64,000 nucleotides of DNA from Phoronis australis (lineage: Eukaryota > Animalia > Phoronida): NCBI GenBank assembly GCA_002633005.1, contig NMRA01000163.1, positions 497,961 through 561,960 on the forward strand. The letters are read 5' to 3'. Numbering within the stretch: the first letter of the stretch is position 1; each line of letters begins with the position of its first letter. Shown in pieces: positions 21,701 through 33,594 of this stretch. The notes below the pieces were generated by a model. The model did not search any database and was not told the origin of the DNA. It saw only the letters and a program-made list of their open reading frames with translations. The translations under genes and the position numbers were made by a program.

Positions 21701-24700
21701 GTTATGCACACGCGCAAGGACAACTGCAGCCTGTTTCATGAAATTCACTTACATGTAAGACTACAAGTCAGAATATCGGTCTTACGCTCCACACAACTAT
21801 TTCTATCAAAAAGTTTCTGGTAATACCCATTGCGTTTAGTTCCCAAGATAATTTGTATAAATTACTTCCGTGTTGTGATTTGCTAATAATTGCATTATAA
21901 ACCTATTCAGTGACTTTGAAGAGGGATCACAGGACCCAATTTCTGTGTTAAATCTTTTAAGACTTAAAAGTCACGTTTCACTAAACAGAACCCTGGCTAC
22001 CACTCCTTAGCAGCAAGTAAGACATGCAGTCATAAGTATATCAAATTTTCCTCAAACTTAATAGATGACTCAGTGGCCTCTTGGTTAGAGTGCTGCGTTG
22101 ACAGCTGAAAGGTCCCAGGTTCAAACCCTTTTATCCAACTACCCACCAGATTCCCTGGCTCGTTCTCAGGACGCTGTAACACCTCAAAATGGCTGCAAAC
22201 GAGGTCGACAAAATGTCGTGTCAGTGCAAATAGGCTAGAGGTTGGTACAAATAGACCAATAGATCAGAGAAAGTGATACTAAGACATCACCACATCCAAG
22301 CGGTTTTCGGGAGATAAAGGTTTATCAATGTCCTACACATAGCAGTTCCCATACCAGCCACTGACCTAGAGAGGTCGATGGACTGAAGAGTTCCCCCGAG
22401 CCACGTTGAATTGCTGCAATGACGGGGGCACTAAAGTGCGTAGTGTCCATTGTCAGACACCCTCAAATCAAAATCCCGCATACAAGTAAACATGCCCCCT
22501 CACCTCTCCTGGATGTCTTGTATGTCGTTGTTGGCGACGTTGAGCATCTTCAGCCTAGAGAATCCACTGATCACCCTCAGACAGTCGTCTTGTAAGTAGT
22601 TGCCAGCTAGGTACAACTCCTGAACTTTGTTCAGATCGTTAATGGTGTTCAGCTCTGGTAAAGACAGCAACTTGTTGTTGGTAGCGTTGAGAACCTTCAA
22701 CCTAAAAAGTGCACGAAAGCAACCAGTTGACAAACACAGGTCTCGAGTAGTGGCTATTCTGATTTATCCGGGAGCTACAGACAGACGACACAGATATGTC
22801 TAACTGGCGACACTTGTTTTGTTCACTTGAAGATATATTTTTGTGTCACACAACACTGATTTACAGGATGTAATTATGTTTTTCGTCTTAACGTTAGGGA
22901 GAGCAATTTTTAAGTATTTCTGCGATGTACAACTACCATAGTGAGTATTTGTTGTGAATCTCTAAATTTTTGCTGTTGAATCGCACTCAGTATGAACACA
23001 GACTAAACCTACTTATTGCCCTTTCTGAAGAAGTCTTTAGGAAGTTCTGGTATCATATTATGCTGTAGGTGTATTTCTTCCATAGGGTAAACGTCAATGT
23101 CTTGCGGAAGATGTTCCAGTTCATTATGGTCCACCTTTAAAACCTTAAGTTTCTTGGCATCACAAAACATCCTGCATGGACAAAAGGTAACAACCATTGT
23201 ATTCAGCATGCATCCTCTCTTGGTATTCAAAGCTGCATTTCACCCAACTTAGCTGGCGAAGAAAAATAAATGTTGAATTATTCTTGACCGAAGCTCTTTG
23301 GGCTTTAAAAACCGCTTGCTCATTTTATCTTGAATTGTTTCCGTATCACAGGTAATGCGTACATACGTCCATTTTCTGCCTTGTAATTTAAGGACTGGCC
23401 AAATTTGAAGCGATTTCTTGAGTCGCTTATGGTTTCGATAGTTTTGTTGGTAACGGAAATGGAATCCTAACACTGCAAGAGATACGGAATATCTCAACTT
23501 ATTTAGCACTCACTTTATTTCGCACATCAAAAGTTATTTGTTAAAACCTATATTTTGTTCCTCACTTAATTGGCACGAGATTACTTGGTGGGAATTTCTT
23601 GCCTCACCTAATTCGCACACAGTCAGTTTTGTACAGTCAGCGCAAATCCCAATAATTAATTTTGGTAATAAACTCTTTAACTGTGTTGCTAATGGTCGGA
23701 CATAACGTAAACGAATTTTGAGAACCAATATTCTCCACTGAATAACGGTCACGAAACTGGTTAAAATACGGGCACGTCATATCCGACTATTGCGACTGTG
23801 GGTAATGGTCGGATATATTCATAGGTTTGAACGCTGTATATTCGCCCCTAAATTCATCTATTCACACGGGATGCTGTTGTTAACAGATTGTTTCAGCAAT
23901 GATGAGATAAAGTAGTGCTATATTGGAGAATATCGTTTATCCAGTTTGTGCAAATAAATTGAGAATTGCGACTTTATGACCTTGATTTTACGAGAAAAAA
24001 AGTACTAATTCGATTCCGCTTTTAGCTCGCTAAACAAAGAGAAATGCAACTTAAACAAAGATGGCACTTGTTTTTGCATCGCCCATATAATCCTTGCCGT
24101 ACAGAATATTAAAATTAATATTTAAGAAACCAAAAGTTACTCCCTCAAACCTCAACTACATGGCTGTGGTGAATATATCAACTTACTTTTCAGGTAGCTT
24201 TGTCAGCCTATTGTAACTGGCATCAAGTCGATGCAGGAAGAAACAGTCAGCTGTCCACTCAGGAAGGACCTTCAGTCGGTTACTGCACAAGGCGAGAAAG
24301 CACACACAAGTATAACAAATTGCGTTTGCTCATTATTTACCGTCAAATCATTGCCTAAGAAAAGTTAGCCATTTGTCTTGTCCTGCGGGCTGACGTGACA
24401 TTCTGAGCTTCTCCATAGGCCGGATTTGTATTATAGTTTTACATCGACGTTGACCTTGTGTTTATACAGTTTCAGTAGTTTTGTTAAAAATAATTAGATA
24501 CCTTTTAGACCATTACAACGTGCATCTAAACTATTCACAATATTTACATTTAAGCGTTTGTTTCTTAAACAGACATTTTCAAGAAATAAAGACGAATACT
24601 TACTGTGAAATATCCAAGACCTCAAGCCATTCTGGTTTTGGGGTAATCGAAAAGTACTCGAGCTCTGTAAAGTATGTAAATTTTGTCTGCACTAGATTGT

Positions 24701-27700
24701 TTGGGCTTATTTTAGTTATAAAAAAACAATGTTATCATTTAATTTTCTAACGAGGAGCTGTATTATGATTTGTCAATTCTTGTGGTTGCTTAAACAATGC
24801 CCTAATCAATTACTTTTTTCTGAGTACATTTTATATTAATTTATCACATTTTCATTCACGAGACTCATATACAGCAATTGAACACAAAGAATAGTTTAAT
24901 GTAAAAATCGTTTACTGTTATGCATGGCATATAGATGTTTCAGTGATGATCCATTCAGTTGCAACCCCCGCATCCCATTGGCAGCACAGGACAAGAACTC
25001 CAGCGTCCTGACACCACGAATGTCCAACTCTTGAACCTTGTTCTCCCGAATATCCATATGCGTCAAATGTTCCAGCAAGGTGAACTTCACCGTCTCATTG
25101 GGTCTCAGAGTCAAGACATTCATTCTAAAATCGACCTTTTTCACGTACTTCAGTCTGACCAGAATGTTATCAGGGAGATTTTCTATGTTGTTTCCGGCCA
25201 TGATCAAGCTCTCGATTTCCGACATGCGCGTGTCCGCCATGTTGGCCACTACTGCAGGAACTGTTGTAAATTTGTTGAAAGCCAACACAAGGATGACCAA
25301 CTTCTTCAGCGACAACATCTCATCCGGCATCTGGTAGAGATTGTTGTTGTGAACGTGGAGAGCTCGTAGGCTGAAAGGCGAATACGTGTATGAGAAAAGG
25401 AATACGTTTTCATTGCAACATTGGCAGATATTCAGTGAAACTCGCTGAACTTGCATCTTCATATGTCTCAGCACGATTTTCCTAGTTCGTGCTCCTTACC
25501 CTTCAGACACGTTGAATTTCGCGTCTAACTCAGATACAAAATCTCCGGACGACTTGGATGATAATGTGCACATGTATATTAAAAGTTTGTAAGTTAATGA
25601 TTTGTGGGAACTTTGTAATCTATACTTAAGACAACCCGTGTTGGTGGTGTCCATACTTAAATAGATGGGATATCTGAGGAGGGACTTCTTCCAGCTTGTT
25701 GCTTGCCAAATTCAACTCGACCAGCGTGTGGATTTGGCAAATTGAAAGTGGGAACACATGTAGATCGTTGTCGGCAAGGTTCAAACTCCTCAGGTGAGAA
25801 AATCTGAAACAGAAATAGTGTGTTTATAAATTCCGTCTCAGGCAGATAGGGCTGCTGAATCAGAAGTCAGATACAATGCGTTGAGACGAGAGGTACAACA
25901 TGAATGCAAAATGCTGACCTTCTGGCCAATTACGTGCGGTCACCACGTTAGACCAGAACCTAAGCACAAGTACTTTATTGGAATGCAGCATTCTCACGGG
26001 AAGAAGGCACATCTGCCGTCGTCCGGGGGCGAATGGTAAGAAGCCAAGTTAGACGTCTGACTAGCGTTCATATGATTTTTCTTACAAGACAGACCTTCTT
26101 TCCGATAGGACGGCACCCGGACATATCAACAATTTCTCTACGGATTTTTCTTTATAAAATGGTCTATTTTTTCAGATTCGATCAAAAAGGTTTACCATCT
26201 AGTACATCCAAAGCATAAAGTTGCAACAAATATTTTTTATTTCGTTAAATACAAATAGTAATTTATATTATTTGATCCAAAGTCAATTCAGAATATTCAA
26301 CTGTTCATTCAGTGCATTTTATGGACTCAGTAGTAGGTGCTGCAGCTGGACACATTTTTGTAACAGCCTTTTGTTAAGAATAAAAAATGTTTTCATTATT
26401 AGAGCCAGTATTTGTGTTGCGCAGTGTTGACTCTTTTGTGTTCACGATTTAATCAACAACTGCGAACTTTACCGTTGTAAATCGTCCAACCAACCAATGA
26501 CGTAGATATCTTCTTCAATCGGACGTTCTTTTAAAACGTTGTGGCGCAGGTTGAGCATTGACAGCTCCTCATTTATGAAAATGGCTTCAGGGAGGAACTC
26601 CAAGTGGCAGTTTGACAAATCTGCAGATGTTGGCAGTTTTGAGGTGGCCTGAAAACATGCATCGATACAAACTTCAGCTAGATGAATTCGTGTGTTCACA
26701 CATATGTTTCGTATCTAATCGGTCATCNTGTATTTTAAGCAAGTTGCTGATTTTGTTTTTCCGATAGTGTTTATTGTAATAATGAATTTCAATGTTAAGG
26801 TGTTGTGGACTAACCTTTTTCAACTTTTTATACCAACGTTGGTAGTCACCTTCACTGGAAAATGAAAGATGCATTTGTTTTTCGTCATGAAATGATGCTG
26901 TCACTTTTAGGCATAAGTTTCTTCCTTTAAATTTGACCTCTTGCACGCTACCTTTTGCCAACTGTATGGTTTCCGGAAGGGAGTTCTTTGTTTTATCTGA
27001 AATACGACAAATACTCTTAGCGTAGATTTAAAGTCTTCCTGTACATGTTATTCATGAGTAATCGACCAACACTGGTCTTCGTGGTGTGTTGGACGGTGGA
27101 AACACTCTCACGACGTTGCAAACCAACTACCGGACTTTCTGCTGAGTTGAGATAGCCTATTGACGCTGTTACATTCGAGGGCGCAAAAATGTCGTTTTCC
27201 CAGCAATCTAAAAGTACTGTTTACTGCATGCCATGAGTAAATAAAAGTAGACCATAAGTCACAAAAACATGAAAGGAAGGGATGAGGGGAGGGATGATAC
27301 GTATTTTTTGGAATTCCATTCGATTCGATTCTTTTTGGGAGGAAATCTTTCTTATATCTAATCCGTGAACTTACTCTCGAAACACTTGTATTTTTAATAT
27401 CACAAGATTCCAAATAATGAGCGACACTGATCTTTTTATGCGTTGATATCTCAATAATACTATTCAAAAGATGTAAGTCGTAACTTGAAAGACACCTAAC
27501 GGCGAAAATTGGAAGTAAGAATCGAATAGAAATGGGCCTTAGGGTATCGATATCAAAATCTCATACCATTGAGTTTAGCTCGTATTACCTTTGTAAACAA
27601 ACAGTCTTGTCCCAGTGATGATGCATAGCCGCTTACTCCACTGCTGTAGAATACGTCCCTTCCTTATTTCCAGTATGCTAGTCAGTTGGTTACGAGAATA

Positions 27701-28979
27701 TGTTCCGTCGTGAAATGGTTTTCCTTTAAAATTATGCAGATACAATTTTTCGTTACTGAACTTCATTCATTTTCACCAGATCATTGCACTACATCTCTTC
27801 ACAATTGTGAGATCGCTAATACTAATCACAACGAAACCATTCAACAAAATCTGTTTAGTGCCATTGATGTGAATACGTTTTTTGGTCCAACGCTACTCCT
27901 ATATTTCCAACCACGGCCTGGAGTGCTGCCACACTTGCCAACCGCATATTCTTTTAAAAACGTTTTTATGTTCGGAATATGTCCCGAAAATATTAGGTGT
28001 GTTGCAAGTTCCGTTTCCAGAGATACAAAGGAGACCGTGTAAAGGCGATATAAGGTCATTTATTATGACTGATAAGGCACAGAAATATAAGTGTACAAAT
28101 AACATAAAGATAAAATAATAATCTCTGGAAAGATGGGCAATAAAAAGCACCACGAGAGATGTTGAAGACAGCTCATGCCCATCCGCAGCGACGCACCAAA
28201 AGAAAAGGGAGGAAAAAGTAGGTATTTTGTAGATTGCCTAATCCTATTTTCGTCACATTTGTCGCAACGGGGTGCGGCGCTCGGTTAAACGCTGGCAAGT
28301 TGCTCTATCTTTGACCAGCTGTTCCCGAGTAACTCGTAGAGTGGATACACCAAAATTCGAAATACGATATTGTAAACTAATACCTACTGACCGACTAGCC
28401 CATACCTGAGTAAAAGCGAAGGAGATAACCGAACTCTTCTTTGATACCCTCCTCTTGTATTCTCGTGATGTCCGTGAAGCCTAACGTAGCAAGGTACTCG
28501 TTTTGAATCATCAGCGGATGTTCGTAGGGATCCATTCGGCGGATGATGTCACCATTCTGCTGTACGTGCAGACAGTTGGGGGGAAGACCCATTACGGCGC
28601 AAATTTGATGAGCCGCTGTTGTTAGTGAGCAAGGAATAAGCTGAGATTTCTGAAATTCTGTATCAGGCAAATAGATACGAATGAAGCCGTGGTTTGTATC
28701 GCTGTTGAACCATCTTTTGATTTCAACCTCTGTAAATACTTTGGATGTCACTCTGGGTACAAAATAGTTTGTCCGTTTGTTCACTTCAGTATACATGTCG
28801 GCAAGTGAATCACTGAGGTCCCATGTCTCGTCGTCTCTATACCCGTTTAATCTACCTTGTTGAGTTGCATCGTTGCCCATGAAGCCACCAGCAGCCCACC
28901 ATGCCTGGGTTTTGCCTCTGTATGTGACAACACGGTTGGCACTACCTGCTGCCTCTCCTCCAGTGGGCGCTGCTGCCAT
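9402..28979 (-). CDS. PHLPP: PH domain leucine-rich repeat protein phosphatase (PHLPP-like), 20 coding exons, about 1430 aa
   Basis: Exons (minus): 28979-28406, 27723-27589, 26996-26815, 26648-26473, 25803-25657, 25370-24916, 24664-24604, 24282-24187, 23171-23013, 22701-22504, 21031-20869, 19924-19794, 14631-14497, 13964-13770, 13538-13313, 12947-12670, 12345-12135, 11948-11611, 10326-10213, 9720-9402. Phases are consistent and sum to 4293 nt. Domain order RA-like, PH, LRR, PP2C, tail ending T-H-M is characteristic of PHLPP. Confidence 0.92.
10213..10326 (-). CDS. PHLPP: PHLPP tail exon (SPYFNHKSELVDSTESVPYMESSTTLQSEGSDDDLNG)
   Basis: ttcag acceptor, gtaaga donor, 114 nt, phase 2-2. Confidence 0.7.
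11611..11948 (-). CDS. PHLPP: PHLPP tail exon (VKPLPNRRYRKKDDIEQWEDMLQKR...)
   Basis: ttag acceptor, gtaagg donor, open frame. Confidence 0.8.
12135..12345 (-). CDS. PHLPP: PHLPP exon after the PP2C domain (LNFGCVAADS...GTDIQ)
   Basis: AG/GT boundaries, phase 2-0. Confidence 0.75.
12670..12947 (-). CDS. PHLPP: PHLPP PP2C-domain exon (DNKVNG...AAKRLQDLAQSYGATENLSILVV)
   Basis: PP2C C-terminal motifs. Donor gttagt gives the phase needed for the next exon. Confidence 0.88.
13313..13538 (-). CDS. PHLPP: PHLPP PP2C-domain exon (GQRMGASAALCH...NVGDVGAVLCRGG...RIRKAGGIITE)
   Basis: PP2C motifs, AG/GT boundaries. Confidence 0.9.
13770..13964 (-). CDS. PHLPP: PHLPP PP2C-domain exon (LCV...LFGMFDGGRN...)
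   Basis: FDG motif, AG/GT boundaries. Confidence 0.9.
14056..14321. mobile_element. Degenerate MITE with ~50-bp imperfect TIRs
   Basis: GGGGCATGACTTTCGAAGAG...TTGGGTTTTTGAC...CTAAAAGTC versus the reverse complement of the right end, GGGGCGCGTTTCTCGAGTAG...TTGGGTTTTGAC...CTAAAGTC. Confidence 0.55.
14497..14631 (-). CDS. PHLPP: PHLPP exon at the LRR/PP2C junction (KVKHVAMVDM...WAMGYTETSGSRN)
   Basis: W-x-x-G-Y-T-E-x-S-G-x-R-N-K start of the PHLPP PP2C domain. Confidence 0.88.
14953..15126 (+). repeat. 5' LTR (174 bp)
   Basis: Direct repeat of 19159-19348. Confidence 0.95.
15321..19108 (+). pseudogene. Gypsy gag-pol, frameshifted and with stops
   Basis: gag (QVATLLTVIGEEA), protease DSGA, RT (LPFGIKSAPEVFQ, QADD), RNase H (CDASQSGLGA, YAQIEKELLA, TDHKPL), integrase HHCC and core (SDNGPQF). 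Frame breaks near 15800, 16700 and 17940, TGA at 18442. Confidence 0.93.
19159..19348 (+). repeat. 3' LTR (190 bp)
   Basis: Differs from the 5' LTR by 6 substitutions and two insertions (3 and 13 bp). Confidence 0.95.
19794..19924 (-). CDS. PHLPP: PHLPP LRR exon with GC donor (VLDVGCNRL...DLLDMSCN...)
   Basis: LRR pattern, donor AG|GCAAGT. Confidence 0.85.
20869..21031 (-). CDS. PHLPP: PHLPP LRR exon (LTELNVSANKL...LRVLRAHSNLL)
   Basis: LRR consensus, AG/GT boundaries. Confidence 0.9.
21255..21450 (-). mobile_element. tRNA-derived SINE (degenerate)
   Basis: Minus-strand head CCCAATTGCCTAGCGGTTAGAGTGGTAGAC with B-box-like CGTTCAAACC. The 3' limit is approximate. Confidence 0.5.
21520..21860. 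mobile_element. Possible Helentron-associated non-autonomous element with GCY microsatellite
   Basis: (GCT/GCC)n tract at about 21619-21656 after ...GAGCATCCGT. The architecture resembles invertebrate HINE/DINE-type repeats (judged from memory). Confidence 0.3.
22067..22474 (+). mobile_element. tRNA-derived SINE
   Basis: A-box-like TGGCCTCTTGG, B-box GGTTCAAACC at 22118-22127, about 400 bp body, tail TCAAATCAAAATC. Confidence 0.6.
22504..22701 (-). CDS. PHLPP: PHLPP LRR exon
   Basis: LKVLNATNNKL, VQELYLAGNYL, LKMLNVANNDI. Confidence 0.92.
23013..23171 (-). CDS. PHLPP: PHLPP LRR exon
   Basis: LKVLKVDHNELEHLP, IHLQHNMIPELP. Confidence 0.92.
24187..24282 (-). CDS. PHLPP: PHLPP LRR exon
   Basis: NRLKVLPEWTADCFFLHRLDASYNRLTKLPE, AG/GT boundaries. 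Confidence 0.9.
24604..24664 (-). CDS. PHLPP: PHLPP 61-nt LRR exon
   Basis: LEYFSITPKPEWLEVLDIS, phase 1-2 bridges its neighbours. Confidence 0.85.
24916..25370 (-). CDS. PHLPP: PHLPP large LRR exon
   Basis: Multiple LxxLxLxxN repeats. Confidence 0.93.
25657..25803 (-). CDS. PHLPP: PHLPP LRR exon
   Basis: FSHLRSLNLADNDL...LVELNLASNKLEEVP. Confidence 0.92.
   Translation of the reverse strand: MFSPEEFEPCRQRSTCVPTFNLPNPHAGRVEFGKQQAGRSPSSDIPSI
26473..26648 (-). CDS. PHLPP: PHLPP first LRR exon
   Basis: DLSNCHLEFLPEAIFINEELSMLNLRHN. Confidence 0.9.
26815..26996 (-). CDS. PHLPP: PHLPP PH-domain exon (C-terminal half)
   Basis: ...HLSFSSEGDYQRWYKKLKK, the PH C-terminal helix with its conserved Trp. 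Confidence 0.9.
27589..27723 (-). CDS. PHLPP: PHLPP PH-domain exon (N-terminal half)
   Basis: IRKGRILQQWSKRLCIITGTRLFVY. Confidence 0.9.
28406..28979 (-). CDS. PHLPP: PHLPP first large coding exon (RA-like domain)
   Basis: GFIRIY...LIPCSLTTAAHQIC...LHVQQNGDIIRRMDPYEHPL.IQNEYL..LGF...RFY. An acceptor lies 8 nt upstream of the ATG (exon starts at 28987). Confidence 0.88.
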
Positions 28980-30764
28980 GCTTGACCCTATAAAACAATA
29001 GGGCAACTATACTACCACTGAGCCATCCTTGACAAAGCTGAGAAAATCTTTAATGGCTGCATACGTCAGAAGCAAGGTATCATTTATATTTCATTCTGGG
29101 TGAATTTCTTTCCTTGGCAAAATTGAGACTGTTCTCATTTTTCGACTACACAGCTCTAATAGGGCAACCACAAGAGAACAATCTTTCAATACTTGTTAAG
29201 TTGATTTCTCAGATAAGAAAAACACTTTAATCAGTAAATGTTGTGGGCGTGTGCTTTCTTTTTTCGCACCATCAAAACTTGATTGGGCGCTAAACAGAAC
29301 CAAAAATGCTTAGTTTGGTTGTGACATCGTTATTTGTCAGGAAGAAATGTATTCGAATTATTGCTCGAGTGTATCGAGAAAGGAGAATCGCTTTTGAAAT
29401 AAGTCATATTCCATGATGAAGACTATTAACGTTCCAGAAAAATATCACAGAATATATGTACAATGTATTAAAACTAATTGTAGCCTATGGATAACTGCCG
29501 GAACACTTTTGTAAAATTACCACAAATTGTCATGCATTATAGATGTTCGTAATCCGCTGCAAAAATTGAAAGTTTCTGCACGAAATGTTTCAGTGACAAG
29601 AAGGAGCTTTATGGAGTCACAAAAACTCAAATTACTTGGTAAAGTACAGAGTATATACGTTTTCAAATTTTGCCCCATATAACTCTCAAATGGCTTGAAA
29701 TATGGCCAAATATTTACTTGGTTCAGGTCAGCTCCCCATTTCTAAACCTGCACTCACTTCTTAACGAAGAAAACACAAACCTCGGCGCATCAATGATTTC
29801 ATCCAAGAGCTCATATTTTTAATATCCCAATAAAACACGCAAGTACGGGTTTAAACGCCGTTGACGAAGGACCCCGCACGCACGAGTACGCTCTATATCA
29901 GCGCCCCTATGGAAATGTGCACTTTAGCGCTACTTGTAGTGAGACGCACGAGTGCCCTCACCCGGCCACGAGCAGTGTCAATCACATGACCACAGCATTG
30001 AAATTAATTTAAAACTGGTTTGAGTTTACTAAATTAAAAACACCGCATCACTTTTGCTCGTCTCTTGTTTGCTTTTGTGGAAAAATGAGAACTAAAATGT
30101 TTACACCACCGTATCACAACCAAAGTTCACAACAATAGCGAATTACTACATTGGCTTATGTTTACATGACTTGACCGTAACATTGGACAATGAAGTGCTG
30201 TCTTTGGTTGCAAGATAACCTTACTCCAAGAATGTTCACAACCACAGCCCATATGTTTGGGTAGGGATTGCACTGGCCTTTGAACACTGTGACCGCTTCA
30301 AGAATTAAAATTGCAACCCATGCTTCTACCAAAGCTTCGAATGTTCGCCTACTAAGGTTTGGGAGAATGCGTATGGTACCAGCGCGGCTGAAAAGTAGGC
30401 TTCAACTTTGCCTTTCATCAAAACTCTGAAAAATGGGTATCATCCGTGTACCGCTGGGCCGAGTGGGAGAATACCCGCAGCTCGAGCAGTCGGAGGCGTA
30501 TCACGCTTGGCTGACTCTATCCCCAGACTCGGCTTTATGACCATCAATTACAATAAATGTTTACATGTAATAATAAGGCATTTAAAAGTTTAACTAAATG
30601 CAGTGACCTCAAGAAATTTCGGTTAAACGTTAGGTCAAATAAAGTCAGAGACAGTTCATAACTTGATGTGAAGTTGGCTACTTTTAATCATAAATGTGGG
30701 TCAGTCAATAGCTAAAACAGCTGCAGCTAATGTTTGAAACACAGCTCAAACATATATTTTCAAN

Positions 30765-33594
30765 GTTGAACCATCTTTTGATTTCAACCTCTGTAAATAC
30801 TTTGGATGTCACTCTGGGTACAAAATAGTTTGTCCGTTTGTTCACTTCAGTATACATGTCGGCAAGTGAATCACTGAGGTCCCATGTCTCGTCGTCTCTA
30901 TACCCGTTTAATCTACCTTGTTGAGTTGCATCGTTGCCCATGAAGCCACCAGCAGCCCACCATGCCTGGGTTTTGCCTCTGTATGTGACAACACGGTTGG
31001 CACTACCTGCTGCCTCTCCTTCAGTGGGCGCTGCTGCCATGCCTGACCCTATAAAACAATAGGGCAACTATACTACCACTGTGCCATCCTTGACAAAGCT
31101 GAGAAAACCTTTAATGGCTGCATACGTCAGACGCAAGGTATCATTTATATTTCATTCTGGGTGAATTTCTTTCCTAGGCAAAATTGAGACTGTTCTCATT
31201 TTTCGCCTACACAGCTCTAATAGGGCAACCACAATAAAACAATCTTTCAATACTTGTTAAGTTGATTTCTCAGATAAGAAGAACACTTTAATCAGTAAAT
31301 GTTGTGGGCGTGTGCTTTCTTTTTTCGCACCATTAAAACTTAATTGGGCGCTAAACAGAAACAAAAATGCTTAGTTTGGTTCTAACATCGTTATTTGTCA
31401 GGAAGAAATGTATTCGAATTACTGCTCGAGTGTATAGAGAAAGGAGAATCGCTTTTGAAATAAGTCATATTCCATGATGAAGACTATTAACGTTCCAGAA
31501 AAATATCACAGAACGTATGTACAATGTATTAAAACTAATTGTAGCCGATTGGTTGGCTGCAACAATAAAATTTGCTTAGATTATAATAAAATTGCAAAAG
31601 AAAAAATCAAGAGTATTTTGATACAAAAGTATTGCAAAAAACCAGACAATTGTGAAAAATTGTTGCAGCATTACTCCAAACAAGAAATCCGAAAAATTTA
31701 TTCCTTGCCTTTTACACTTCCCCTCGAACCATGCATTAAATCTTTTAAGTATATGTTGTTACATAACAGAGTGTATACTAACTCTTTGTTATATAAGATG
31801 AAAATTGTTAATTCAGATAAATGTCCCTATTGTAATCTAGTACAGAGTACTGAACACATGTTTTTCCTTTGTGATGTAGTGCAAAGATTGTTAATTAATG
31901 TTCAGGATATTTTGACATCTCCCTGTTGATTAATTATGTTATCACTATCGCCCAATATTTTATTTATTTACGTAGCCAACAGCACTTGCATCCAGATTGG
32001 TCTGCCCTGAAAATATTCATGTCAAAATATATTAAAATTTCAATATTTAATTTTCAAAAACAAAAAGAACCGGACAATATTAATATTAAAATGTGGTAGA
32101 GCTTCAGTGCTGCCATGCAATGAATCTGTAATATCTGTAATATACTTAACTCATATATTGTTTAGTGGTATTATCATTAAATGATGAAGTGCGTGAATGA
32201 GTGTGTGAGTGAAAGTCCTTGCCCCTTTTCCTTGTTCACCCTTTCACCCTTTAAAAATTATCAATGTATATTATTGAAGAATAAAATTATGAAAAAAAAA
32301 ATTGTAGCCTATGGATAACTGCCGGAACACTTTTGTAAAATTACAACAAATTGTCATGCATTATAGATGTTCGTAATCCGCTGCAAAAATTGAAAGTTTC
32401 TGCACGAAATGTTTCAGTAACAAGAAGGAGCTTTATGGAGTCACAAAAACTCAAATTACCTGGTAAAGTACAGATTATATACGTTTTCAAATTTTGCCTC
32501 ATATAACTCTCAAATGGCTTGAAATATGACCAAATATTTACTTGGTTCAGGTCAGCTCCCCATTTTTAAACCTGCACTCACTTCTTAACGAAGAAAACAC
32601 CAACCTCGGCGCATCAGTGATTTCATCCAAGAGCTCATATTTTTTAATATCCCAATAAAACGCAAGTAGGGGTTTAAACGCCGTTGACGAACGACCCCGC
32701 ACGCACGAGTACGCTCTATATCAGCGCACCTATGGAAATGTGCACTTGTAGTGAAACGCACGAGTGCCCTCACCCGGCCACGAGCAGTGTCAATCACATG
32801 ACCACAGCATTGGAATTAATTTAAAACTGGTTTGAGTTTACTACATTAAAAACACCGCATCATTTTTGCTCGTCTCCTGTTTGCTTTTGTGGAAAAATGG
32901 GAACTAAAAATGTTTACACCACCGTATCACAACCAAAATTCAGAACAATAGCGAATTACTACATTGGCCTATGTTTACATGATTTGACGGTAACATTGGA
33001 CAATGAAGTGCTGTCTTTGGTTGCAAAATAACCTTACTCCAAGGATGCTCAAAACCACAGCCCATACATCTATGTTTGGGTAGGGGTGGCACTGGCCTTT
33101 GAACACTGTGACCGCTTCAAGAATTAAAATTGCAACCCATGCTTCTACCAAAGCTTCGAATGTTCGCCTACTAAGGTTTGGGAGAATGCGTATGGTACCA
33201 GCGCGGCTGAAAAGTAGGCTTCAAATTTGCCTTTCATCAAAACTCTGAAAAATGGGTATCATCCTTGTACCGCTGGGCCGAGTGGGAGAATACCCGCAGC
33301 TCGAGCAGTCGGAGGCGTATCACACTTGGCTGACTCTATCCGCAGACTCGGCTTTATGACCATCAATTACAATAAATGTTTACATGTAATAATAACGCAT
33401 TTAAAAGTTTAACTAAATGCAGTGACCTCAGGAAATTTCGGTTAAATGTTAGGTCAAATAAGTCGGAGACAGTTCATAACTTGTTGTGAAGTTGGCTACT
33501 TTTAATCATAAATGTTAAAACGACTCCTGGGTCAGTCAATAGCTAAAACAGCTGCAGCTAATGTTTGAAACACAGCTCAAACATATATTTTCAA
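30765..33594. repeat. Near-identical second copy of 28704-30763, joined through a single N (probable uncollapsed haplotype), including a partial copy of the PHLPP first coding exon (30765-31048)
   Basis: Colinear with scattered SNPs and indels. The junction is exactly at the N at 30764. Confidence 0.9.
31547..32299 (+). mobile_element. 5'-truncated L1/Tx1-like LINE with poly(A) tail and 10-bp TSD
   Basis: ORF2 C-terminal zinc-knuckle-like CPYC...STEHMFFLC, AATAAA at 32280, A-tail, TSD AATTGTAGCC at 31537-31546 and 32300-32309, empty site at 29476-29485. Confidence 0.88.

Noticed and set aside
26728-26728. Single N in a PHLPP intron
   Set aside because: Assembly gap or ambiguity with no flanking duplication seen.
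30705-31067. 120-aa ORF as a second PHLPP paralogue
   Set aside because: Truncated exactly at the N and near-identical to 28704-28987; most likely allelic.
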